This document shows, piece after piece, positions 26,156 through 36,900 of a DNA stretch of 64,000 nt. The notes under the pieces are model-generated. The model did no database searches. It had not been told where the DNA came from and worked only from the letters and a program-made list of their open reading frames with translations. Source of the DNA: Takakia lepidozioides (taxonomy: Eukaryota; Plantae; Bryophyta); NCBI GenBank assembly GCA_030704615.1, contig CM060732.1:30690001-30754000 (forward strand). The letters run 5' to 3'. The position numbers and the translations under genes were made by a program. Every line of letters starts with the position of its first letter. The stretch's first letter is position 1.

Positions 26156-27061
26156 TGGGGACATCAACCTTGGAGCGTGGGGGAGGAAATGCATGCTTAG
26201 CCCGGTTTAGCTAGCTCAGGAATCCGATTGCAAAAACTTGTATTGTACAAAAATTTGTGATAAAGGAAATGGGTTCCAAATATTGTGCGTCCTATTGTGT
26301 TTGGAATGGTGATGCATGGTGTGGTTGGCTGGTGTGTAGAATGCATGCTAGCTTACAAAAGTGGGAGAGGTAAATTGGGTTAATCGTGTGTTTGCGCAGT
26401 GCCGAAATCGGGTGACTCCCATCCAAGGGGCAAGGAAACTTGCGCCTTATTTGGGAGTTCAAGTGCTAGTGCGCACCTGGCGCGTGCGCGTACTATAACT
26501 GCGCTACCGAGGGGGTTGCCTTGTAGTGCGGGCTAACGCGGAAGCTACGTGCTTCCGTTCACGTACTATAATCGTGTAGCCTCGGGACGAAGTCGTAGTG
26601 CGGCTTCGGCGTGTTCCCGTACCTCAGGCCAGCATTCCAAGGCGGACCCAATTGTAGTGATTGGGGCGCACGGTTGGTTCAAGGTTATCTTCCTAGTCAA
26701 AGAGGGTTTCAGGTGAACCCTTGCTCAAGGTGATGCCAAAAGCGGCATCATGAGCGATCGCAAGCAATGTTGTTGCAGTAAGGCGATTCGATCCTCGGGG
26801 AGGATCGTTCCTTGGCCTTGAAGTAGGCCAAGAAGAGTGCACTGGGAGGAGCTGGAGAGGCTCCACCCTTGGCCGGGACTTGGAGGAAGTCGGCCGAACT
26901 AGCTAGTGGAGAGTGGAGTCAAGTGTGGGGTTTGGTTCTTTGCCATGGGACGCCATGGTACGGAAACAAACTCCTTGATGTGGGACGCCACAACTTGGAT
27001 GTTCGTTTCTACAAAATGGACAAGTCGATGAGGACATCGACTCCCTGTTGGTAGGGGTGTG

Positions 27062-27784
27062 TGTCGCGGCCCTTTGCCTTGAGGGCAGGGGGTCGGGACA
27101 CATGAGGGGCTGCCCCTGTGGTGGGGGCAGCGGCGGCGATAGGTATGGGGGGCTGAAGCACCCTTGAGTGCCCAAGGCACTCAAGGAGGCGGAGGCGCTC
27201 ACTAGGTGGAGCCCCGCACACCGGGTTGCGGTGGAGGTGGCTCCACAAGGGGTGGTGGTAGCTTAGTGGGACTTAGTGGGGGTGGCATAGGACTCACCAT
27301 GGGGTGGAGACCTCGAGGTGGGAGTCGTGGGAGTCTTGGGACTCATCACGGTCCATTGGGGCCGCGGTGAGTGGGCCAAGACTCACCGCGACTCACCACC
27401 GGGAGTCGAGGGTTTTCGTGGTGGTTCGCCATAAAATGGCATGGCTGGTTATGAAACCCCCGCGGACAGCTACAGAAGTATATATAGGGAGTAGTAACCC
27501 CGAGAACGGTGCAAGCCCGTTGGTGACCAAAAACTAGTGAGTAAGCGAGCGAGCCGGAAAGCGACCAAAGAGTGGGGAGCTGTTCCGGACTGCCATCTAC
27601 CAAAGGGAATTCTCCTAGTCCCAAATAGGTGGAGGGTTTAGAGGGAAGCGGAAGGGGACCGTTATGTCCCGGTGAGCAGCCGAAACTCCAAGTTGGCCCG
27701 GCGGCCAGGTTGGGAGTCAGGCGCGCGCATCAAAGCGAGTAACTATGACTTGAAGGGGAGTTTACCGAATCGAGGTGTGCGACA
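27062..27784 (+). repeat. 3' LTR (723 bp)
   Basis: Copy of 20814-21537, preceded by the purine-rich tract GGTAGGGGTGTG. Confidence 0.95.
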
Positions 27785-28473
27785 CTGACAGCCCTGGTAA
27801 AGCGCAAGGTTGTTCATGTTGACATCATCAAAGCTGGAGCTGTACCGAATGTCATTCCGAACACTGCCCAGGCAGTTTTGAAAAAGGGCAAAGAGGTCCA
27901 TGGCGACAACGTCACAGCTGGAATTGTACCGACTGTTATTATGAACTATACCCTAGTGGTCACGTATGCAAATTGTGGGCGCATCGAGGAGGCACAGGGA
28001 GTGTTGGACACTACGGCTGAACGGGATGTCGTGTCTTGGAATATGACCCTTACAAGGTATGCGCAACAGGGACGTGATATGGAGTCTTTGGAGACCTATG
28101 ATCAAATGTTGGGGGAAGGGGTGAAACCCGACCACAACACATTTATGTGCATTTACAGTGCGTGTGCAAGCATGGCAGCTCTAGAAAATGGTATAGAGTT
28201 CCATGACGACATTATCAGAGCTAGAATTGTACCAAAGGTCACTCTAAACAGTACCCTCATGGACATGTAGGTGCATTGATGATGAAAAGGGAGTGTTCAA
28301 CAGACTGGAGACTGCCCCTGCAGATATGTATGCCAAATGTAAGAGCATGAAGGATGCATGTCAAGCTACAGCTGCCAACAGTGTCACCCCGACGTTGCGG
28401 CAACGGGCAACACTCTCTGCCTCCACATATACAACTGAACCCATCTGCACCACTCTGTGGACTAACCTGTATC

Positions 28474-29697
28474 CACTACACGAAAAGGGGGGGGGGGGTT
28501 TGGCGACGCCGCGGCGTCGTAAAACAGCCCTTTTCGGGCAGGGGAAAAACCCAAATTTGAGACGTCTGGGCGTCGCACGCCCGTCGCAAGGACGTTGCCA
28601 AAAAAACGTCGCAAATTTGCGACCAATGGGGGTTGCAAATAGGCGAAATCGCGATTTGCGACGCCCGGGCGTTGGAAAAAAAAAAAAAAAAAAAAAAAAA
28701 AACCTACTCTGCAATGTAGAATTAGCACCGTCCGGGGGTCGCAAAATGCGACGCCTGGACGTCACAATTTAAGGGGGTACATTTGAATTTAGGCGGGAAA
28801 ACTTGAATTTGAAATTTGAATTTCAAAAATTTGTTGACTATTGACTCCGGCGTTGACCATTGACTCCGGTTCTCTCTAATGACAATATGTTCATTGTTCT
28901 ACATACATCATGCAATGCAATGCATACTTGAATCTAAAACCTCCACGTTATAACATTTCTAAGACACTACAAACTAACCAACACACCTATGTTACATCTA
29001 TGTATCACAAAAGCAATCTAAATATATATATACACATATAAAGATTTCCTTCAAGAGCCTTCAAGTTCTTTCTAAGGGGGTCTCTCTTGTGACGCCGGGG
29101 AGTTGCAACATCCACATCCTTAGTGCTCAGCCCTACCCAGCCCCAGCATCGTCGTCGTTGTTGCACCCCCCCCCCACTGCCAGATGCCCTAAGCGACGTC
29201 CTTGTGATAACCTAAGCTGATCACAACACCATTGCGACCCCCTGGCGTCGCAACGTTGGGCGTCCCAGCGCGGGGCGCCCCCAGCGACGCTTTTGTGATG
29301 TTGAGGGCCGTAAAGTCCAAAAAAAAAAAAAAAACAAACTCCCACTATGGTGATGCTGTTGCGACGCCCTGGCGTCACAGTGGCGCTGGGGCGCCCTTAG
29401 TGACGCTTTTGCGATGCTGAGGCGTCGCAACGTCCAAAAAATAAAAAATAAAAAATAAAAAATTGGATTTCCGACGCCTGGGTGTCGCAAGAAAAAAAAA
29501 CCGTTGAAGCAAGGGCCCTCTTTCCCCCTTCATGCCACCTTACGACGGCTGGGTGTCGTAATGGTGTCGCAGCGGGGGATTGCGACGTCGGGGCGTCGCA
29601 AACAAACGTCGCGGGCTCGGCGTCGCACGCTCAGCGCCGCGCGGGGCGTGGGGGCGCGGCTGGCGTCGCAAACCCCCCCCCCCCATTTGCTGTAGTG
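28474..29697. mobile_element. Non-autonomous CACTA (En/Spm) element
   Basis: CACTACA...TGTAGTG termini with poly-G/poly-C extension. Many GCGACGCC/GGCGTCGC subterminal repeats. Flanking 3-mers ATC/ACC (one mismatch). Confidence 0.85.
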
Positions 29698-29849
29698 ACC
29701 TGCCCTGCAACCCTCAGAAAGGGCGAAGAGGTCCATGACGGTGTCATCCTAGCTCAAAAGACACCGAACATCAGTCTGGAGACTGCCCTGGCTGACATGT
29801 TTGCCAAATATGGGAGTGTGCAAATGCTCAACAATGTCACGTTCATCTT

Positions 29850-31160
29850 TTCTTTGTGGATGCCCCTCTTTATCAATTCAGCACCTAGCCAGTACTCTAC
29901 GGCAGGGAGCCACAACGAGACCTGTCCCCAGAGCTCTTCAAAGGCAGATACCCATCAGGTAGCCAAGTTTGGTGACGCTCCATGGATACTCACCGTAGGC
30001 CAGGGGCTGGGGGTTAAGCCTTTTTGGCATTATACCCAGCCTACAGATTTTCAATCCATACTGGCCTCATTCGGCTTCGGGGCATCCCAGCGAGCGACTC
30101 TTCCCTGGGGTCACCCTCTCCCTCAACACCTCAGTTATCATGCCTTGGCAGATGGATTGGGTACAGAGCCCAACATGAATGTCAATAATATTCTCATTGC
30201 AGCCAAGCCACCAGGGCCTCTCCGTCAACAATACTCCTTACCATGCTGTGGCAACTTTTCAGAGGCTACTGACTAGGTGCCCTCCGCTGCCTCCCAACCT
30301 ACAGTTGAACCCTCGGATGACCCAATACACATCGCTCATACTCACCCATTTTGGCTTATACACCCAGTCCCTGACCCCCCAACGCCCAGGCCAATCCAAA
30401 ATCTTCTTATTACCCTGACCAAAGAAGCCAATAAACAGGCCTCTACCTCCCTCAGCCACACCAAACTGCATATCCAAAAGTGGACCCTCTCCGATGTACT
30501 CCACCACAAACTCTCCAACCACTTCTGGAACACCAAAGCTTCATCAGACGCTCAAATACGACAGACCCTTAAATTCCGTTACGCCCAGTACATTGGCCAC
30601 CAACGCAAACACACCTTCTGTCCAGCCATATACCCCTCACCAAATTGCCCTCTGTGCTCCCACATCCACGCCACACGTGATACCTGGCTCCACCTTCTTA
30701 ACCAATGTCCCCGCCCAGTCATTCATGGACTTCATATTGCACGACACAACCACGTTGTATGGCACATCCACAAACTCATACAACGACGTAATGAAACCAG
30801 ATGGTTCTCACTCATCAATGCGGGCACCTACCAAGGTCGGTCCCCCAGACCACACGGTACCTTCGTGGCTACTCCCCTGTATATGCCGCCCCCACACATC
30901 ATGTACATGCCCTTCCCGCCTCTGTCCGGATTTCCTCATAGTCCAGGGGCTCCCTATCAACGCCCCACCGCCCTCTGCCCCGTCCCCCGCCATTACCATA
31001 CACTTCTTAGAATTCACATTTTGCAATGACCGCTTCCCCAGCTCCTCCATCCTCGAAAAATGTCAAAAATATGCACCACTCATTCTTGCTATCCGCCGGA
31101 GGGGATGGGCCACAGGCCCCCTCACTGTCATCACTGCCGGCACTAGAGGGGGCATCCAAC
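29850..31160 (+). mobile_element. 3' part of a non-LTR retrotransposon with CCHC finger and restriction-like endonuclease (Dualen/RandI-like)
   Basis: CPLC..DTWLHLLNQC, ARHN, VPSWLLP, CPDFLIV (PD), FLEFTFC (E), EKCQKYAPL (KxxKY), ITAGTRGGI. One frameshift near 30840. Confidence 0.75.
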
Positions 31161-31164
31161 AAAG

Positions 31165-32070
31165 ACATCGACATTGTCTACAGTGGGAGTTGTCGAATGC
31201 TTAACAAGGAAGGAGAAATTGTCATGCAAGGAGTTTGAAAGGACAAATTGTACCAGCTCTTGGTTGAGGTGATCGAACCTACGACACAAGTAAACATTGC
31301 AAGCAACAACGGAAACGTGAAGGCTTCCGAAAAGTCAAGACAACACAATTCAGTGTTGTTGATGACAAGAAGTGACCTTCAACTATGGCATAACCGTCTC
31401 AGCCACCTGAATGTTGCAGCTATCAAGAAAATGTGTAAGACCCAGATGGTGGAAGGACTGTCTCTTCAGGATGATAAGAACGCCAATTTTTTCTGTGAAG
31501 GTTGTGCCTATGGTAAACAACATAGATTGCTTTTCAATAGCACAATTGAAAGAAAGAAGGCTGAAACCCCCGGTGATTTTTTCACTCAGACGTGCGTGGG
31601 CCAATGAGTTCAAACTCGGTTGGAGGTGCACAATACTACGTTCTATTTGAAGACGATCATAGTAGTTTCAGAATTGTATTTTTCATCAAGAACAAGTCTG
31701 AAGTTTTCAAGTGTTTCAAGAAGCTTGAAGCCCAAGTGCTGAACAAGATTGGAACTAAGATCAAGAGAATAAGAACTGAGGAGTGGAGCATATATGAGTA
31801 AAAATTTCTGCAGATATCTTGAAGAGAAAGGAGTTGTGCTGAGACCACGGCCCCCTATACACCAGAACATAATGGCGTGGCAGAGTGAGATAATCGAACA
31901 ATCATCGAGAGTGCACGTAGCTGCATGCCTCACTCACGAAATCTTACAATCGAATTATTGGCAGAAGCTACAAGCACGACAGCGCATGTTATCAATAGAG
32001 CAACAACAAAGACCCAAGTTGAAGGGAAAACACCTTATGAGGCTTGGTACGGAATGAAGCCTACAGTCTC
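31165..32070 (+). mobile_element. Ty1/Copia GAG-pre-integrase and integrase fragment
   Basis: LWHNRLSHLN, CEGCAYGKQHR, SDVRGPM, YYVLFEDD, PYTPEHNGVAE, KTPYEAWYG; frameshifted. Confidence 0.88.
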
Positions 32071-32073
32071 ATA

Positions 32074-32315
32074 CACTACAAGAGAAGCTGGGTTTCATGA
32101 CTGTGGCTTTCCCGTAGTCGTGGCACATCTGACTAAATGCATGACTACGCAGTCGTGAATGCAGTTAGAAATGAATAAAATATTTTTCGGACGGACATAT
32201 GACAGGACACATGACTGACAATCATGTGCATGCTTAGGATGTAATGTCATGTCACCGGACATATAACTGACAGTCGTGTGCATGTCTAGGATGTGATGAC
32301 ATGCCATGGTACATA
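32074..32315 (+). mobile_element. CACTA terminus with CATGAC subterminal repeats, truncating the Copia fragment
   Basis: CACTACAAGAG at 32074, followed by repeated CATGAC/GTCGTG motifs. Confidence 0.6.
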
Positions 32316-32319
32316 TCAA

Positions 32320-33480
32320 GAGAAAACCACTTGGAGAAGCGAAGAGGGAGTGGACCACGAAGTCGCCCCCAACGATAGAATAAGCACGGGCAACGAGGAA
32401 GAGAGACCGCTTTGAGCAGCGAAGAGGGAGCGGACCACGCAGTCGCCCCTAGTGACGAGGAAGAAATCGGCGAAAACGCCAGTCCAGGGAACGGGGAAGG
32501 AGCAGGCCACAGGGCCGCCCTCAATTACGAAGGAGAAAGCAACCACAAAGCTGCCAAAGGAAACGAGGAAGGAATTGCCCACGAAGGCATAAGGGGGAAC
32601 GAAGCGGGAGCAAGCCACGAAGTCGTCCCAAGCAACGAAGAATGAACCGGCTACGAAGCCGACTGTGGAACGAAGCTGGAGCAGGCCACGAAGTCGCCTC
32701 GCAACGAAGAAGGAACGTCTACGAAGCCGACTGGGGGACGAACATGGAGCAGGTCACGAAACCGTCCATGGAAACAAAGGAAGAATTAACTACGAGGGTG
32801 ATATTGGCAATAAAGCCACTAAGAGGAAACAGGAGGGAGAAGGCGGGAAGCCGCCCCTGCTGACGAGGGAAGGATCGGCTATGAAGCCACACGGGGTTAC
32901 GATGAGGGAGCAGGGGCGGCTTCCCCCAGTGAACAAGGGGACATTCGGCCAAGGGGCCACCCCAAATATTGAAGGAGGAACGAGAGCCCACAATGCCACG
33001 ATAATTAGAAAAGGATCGACAGTAAACACCTTGGCCAAAGGTATTGGAACAACGTCATGTCTTGAAACCGACAATGGCAAAATATAAGGAAAGGAAGACC
33101 CCGACTCACACGTCAGGCTTTTTGAAGCCATCTGTGAGGCAAATGGAGATGGGACGGAATGGGGGCGGAATTGGTGAAACTCACCCTGCTTCCCTGTTCG
33201 TTACCGTAGGGGCAATTCGTTTGGTGGACGCGGTGCCATGACGAGCAGCCCAATGCAACATGGAGATAGGTAGGAGCGGCGTTTGGAAGAAGATTCCGGG
33301 TCGTCAAAAACATCTACCGGACAATGCGCCACATCAAGCAAAAAGAGAGGGAAAGTGTTGAGGACTACTGCGAGCCTCTGCAAAAACTCAATAGTGCCTT
33401 GCCACTACCCCGCACCCAAGACTTTTGTCTATGGACTGCTTTAGAACTGGTCTACGAAAGGTTTTGGCGTGCTCGCCCAT
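32320..33480 (+). mobile_element. Degenerate Ty3/Gypsy gag remnant preceded by a 36-bp coding tandem repeat
   Basis: CCACGAAG recurs every ~36 bp (12-aa units such as EEGADHAVAPSD and EAGASHEVVPSN). Downstream (D)PDSHVRLFEAICEANG is a gag-like motif. Confidence 0.55.
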
Positions 33481-33531
33481 GGATATGACGTAGATGGTGT
33501 GGGAGGTCGGGTTGGTTCAGCTACAAAACCT

Positions 33532-33655
33532 AAACCCTAAACAGGCCGGTACTCAGAAATGAAATTGCGAAAAAGAGTGTGTTTGTGGGTGAGAGACAAG
33601 AGAGGCCACACACACCACGCATCAGCGTATCACACGTGGGAAGTTTACACGTGGC
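33532..33655 (+). promoter_or_regulatory. Telo-box and two G-box/ABRE motifs upstream of PTOX
   Basis: AAACCCTA at 33532; CACGTG at 33633 and 33648 (ACACGTGGC); about 300-400 bp before the ATG. Confidence 0.4.
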
Positions 33656-33934
33656 AGGAATTGTGCTCAAGAATAGTCCTTCCTACCGAGCACTGGGCTG
33701 CCTGCAATTCCGGGTTCTTCTGAGAGAAAATCGGGAGTGCAGAACTGTGTGTAAGTTGATGCAGAGCTTGCCGTCATCTCTGTCTGCAAGGTGCGAGCCG
33801 TTTGACCTATAAACTGTCTTACTCACTTCAGGAATTGTTCGCTCCTTCTCTGGATTCTTCTGTAGTCGACTTCTCTCTCCTGTGTTTTTCCAGCTCAAAG
33901 CCACGTTCACATGCATACAGCGTAATCTCTCATA

Positions 33935-36900
33935 ATGGCATCCATAGTATCCATTCAAGTATTTACTCACCTGCCATCCTGCACCTGGCAATCATATGTA
34001 GGTCCAGCCTCTAGTGGAGGTCCCAAGAAGCTAAATTCTTGCAACCCCTCAGACACCCACATAGTTAAAACGAAATATTTCTGTCTAGATGGAGAACTTG
34101 CCAAGCTTTCACGGAAATCCAGGTGGGTGACTCCCATTTCCAATAGAGCCTTAAGGATCCGTGCCGCACAAAGAGAGAGTCCTCCGGTTGAAGGAGACAA
34201 CGGGCCCGCCATCAGTGAAACCTTGGAATTTTTAGGCCGCGATGGGAATGGGTCCTCTGTAGCAATTGCAAATGAGGAGAGTGGGAAAGAGGGGAGTTTC
34301 ACCCTGGAGAGGGACACATATATGGAGGCCGAGATCGGCAGATTAGTTGATGGGAGCAGTCGAGGCATGCGACCGAAGCGAATTCCTTTTGATTATGGAT
34401 TTCGAGCCAAATTCTTGAGAACGGGTCCCTCCGTTCCCAGTAATGTCTTGAAACTTGCATTAGAGAATTTCGGGCGCGAATGGCGGGTAAGCAATTCCTC
34501 TCCTCCCCATCTGTCTCACACGCGCGCCACACGCGCAGAGTCTGCATCGATTTCATTAAGTTGCTCTCAAGATTTGTTTCGGGCTTTTTCAAGGGCCTGA
34601 CTGTAGTTAGCTAGTGCGATGGTGATCTCAGTACATCTGCACTGGATGTGCTTCTTACACTCTTTCTGTGCTGCTGACGGTTCGATTGGATTTAGAATTG
34701 GATGCGAGCTGATCTACAGAAAATCGTGCGCATTTCTTGAATTTGAGTTTTACCTTCTATACTTTGCTTGCAAGGGCAAGCGTGTAGATTGTGGTTGAGC
34801 GATTAGGTCGTTAGAGTGTATCTGTTGAACTTTTGGATATTGTTACGTTGAGTAGACATGTGCCCCTCTCACTACCTTTCATTTTGTGATGGTACTCCTT
34901 ATTTATTGTTGAGGGCATGGGTTTGTCAAACTTCTGCAGGCATTGCGGCGCAGTATATTGTTCGCAGAGCTCACCAGAATTGACCGTAAGAGACCTCCCT
35001 CTCTCTCTCTCTCTCTTGGCAGCTTACCTGCACGAGGCCTTCACGTCTTGTGAGTACATTCTCTCTCTCTTCTGATTCTTTGTCCTGGGTACTCTCACCA
35101 GAGAGATGCCCTCTTCAATCAAAGGATGTGTGCCTGTACCTCTATTTACCACTTTGATATCTCGAGGCTGAGCCAAAAGCCCAGGCCCTTTGGGGGCCTA
35201 GTTATTGGGCAAATCACATACAGCAGATTAATGCTTGTGTAAATGGATTTCTAGAGGATATCTGGAAAACTCGGATCAATTGTCTGTTCCAAGGTAATTT
35301 GTACTACCGGTGTCAGCCCTTTACGAAGGTACTTTCTGTCCATTTGTGTTCCACTCAAACTGGACGGTCAATGGCCACAAGGCTACGTCAAACAACGTCT
35401 TGTGAGTACATCTCTCTCTCTCTCTCAAATTTAAACTCAGGGTGGGAGCCTACCTTTGAACCATAACCAGGAAAAGGAGATTGTAATTGCCCGATGTGCG
35501 GGCAAACTGAGGACAATATCCATTTTCTGATACATTCTCCCGGGTATTCTCACCATGGAGTGACCCTCTTCAGAAACATGAAGAACACGGTTCCTGCACC
35601 TTTTTTCATCAACTTTCAAAATCTCGAGGCTGAGCCTAAAGCCCTGGCCCTGTTGGATTGTAACTTTTGGGCTGCTCACACACAGCAGATTGATGCTTGT
35701 GTGAAGGGCTTTCTAGAGGATATCTGGAAAGCTGGAACTGATTGTTTATATCAAGGTAAGTCTGGAGTGAGCCCCTCACAAGGTAGTGTCTATTCCCCAT
35801 GTTTCCGTCCAAACTGGGTGCAGGGTCTACGGCCACAAGGCCATGGCAAACAAAGTCTTATGGATATATGAGTACATTCTCTCTCTCTTTCTGGAGACCA
35901 TAGAGGTGGTGATTAGTAAGGCCAGGAGGAATGTTGCTTGAAGGTGAATGCCTGGCACAAATCTTCGACAGCTTAGTCAAATCCTTGGATGGTGGGATTT
36001 AATGTCTACCTCCAATACTCTGTACTAGGCTGAAAACTAACCTAAAAGTATCTCCGTTGAGGAAATGGAACTCATTTATTCGATCAGTGGGCGTGCTGGT
36101 GAGATAGTATGATCAGTTCTGGCTTTTTATTCACTTCCTGAGTTAAATACTATGTAAGCAGCAAGTCATGGTCTTGTAAGATAAATAATGAAATTGGAGT
36201 ATTCTTGTTTGCAGCAGCCCAGCTGAATGGCCCACTGGAAGTTGTGACAGCATACACGGGTCAAGGCTTACTACTGTTTTTGAGGGGCCTGGACAAGTTT
36301 CTCACTCTGTATGATGGTCTTGTGGAACTCCAGCCCCTAGAGCAGGTACATTTACTACCAACATTTGCTTGATCTTCTCTGTCTCTCATACCATGGATAA
36401 AACTCAGCTTCTTTGATCTGGCAAATGATAACCGACACATCAAGTTCCTCTGCAAGTTGTATGGAGGTGGAAAGGGCCCTACTGCATAGTCAAGACAAGT
36501 ATTTCCAGTTTGTGTAACATTCCCATGATATCGAAGGAAGAATAACTTAGTGGTGAAGATCATTGTACTTTCTAATGCCTGTCCTAGACATGATGGAGCA
36601 ATGGAGTTTGTTGTACTGACTCAATGGGGCATTTAGAGGTTGTTGTCCAATCCGGAAAGTTTATTGAAATGCTGCTTACTTTGATGCAAACTGAACAAGT
36701 TTTGGATAGCATGTACAAGAATTTTAGAATTATAACTGCTTTCTCAATGGCAGAAAGGTGACACTGTGGAACAAGATGAGTTGCGGAAGCTGCTGAAAGG
36801 TTTGAAACTGAGCAATGTTGCTGTCTGGGAGCGAGAGCAGCAGAGGCCGCCTGTGGAGGCACCGTGGTGGATATTAGGCCCTTACTATCTTCTTTGTTTG

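Larger units (their letters stand above)
20814..27784 (+). mobile_element. Full-length, very young Ty3/Gypsy chromovirus (Galadriel-like)
   Basis: TG..CA LTRs at 20814-21537 and 27062-27784, TSD CTGAC (20809-20813, 27785-27789), PBS, PPT and an intact gag-pol ORF. Confidence 0.97.
20690..29845 (+). pseudogene. PLS-class PPR protein pseudogene split by the Gypsy and CACTA insertions
   Basis: PPR motifs on both sides of each insertion: LETYDQMMVEGLKPNHIACVCICNACASL, YANCGRIEEAQGVLD..RDVVSWN, KPDHNTFMCIYSACAS, LETALADMFAKYGS. Confidence 0.8.

Noticed and set aside
29482-30276. 264-aa ORF as a real gene
   Set aside because: It is a chance read-through across a CACTA end, a PPR remnant and a LINE remnant.
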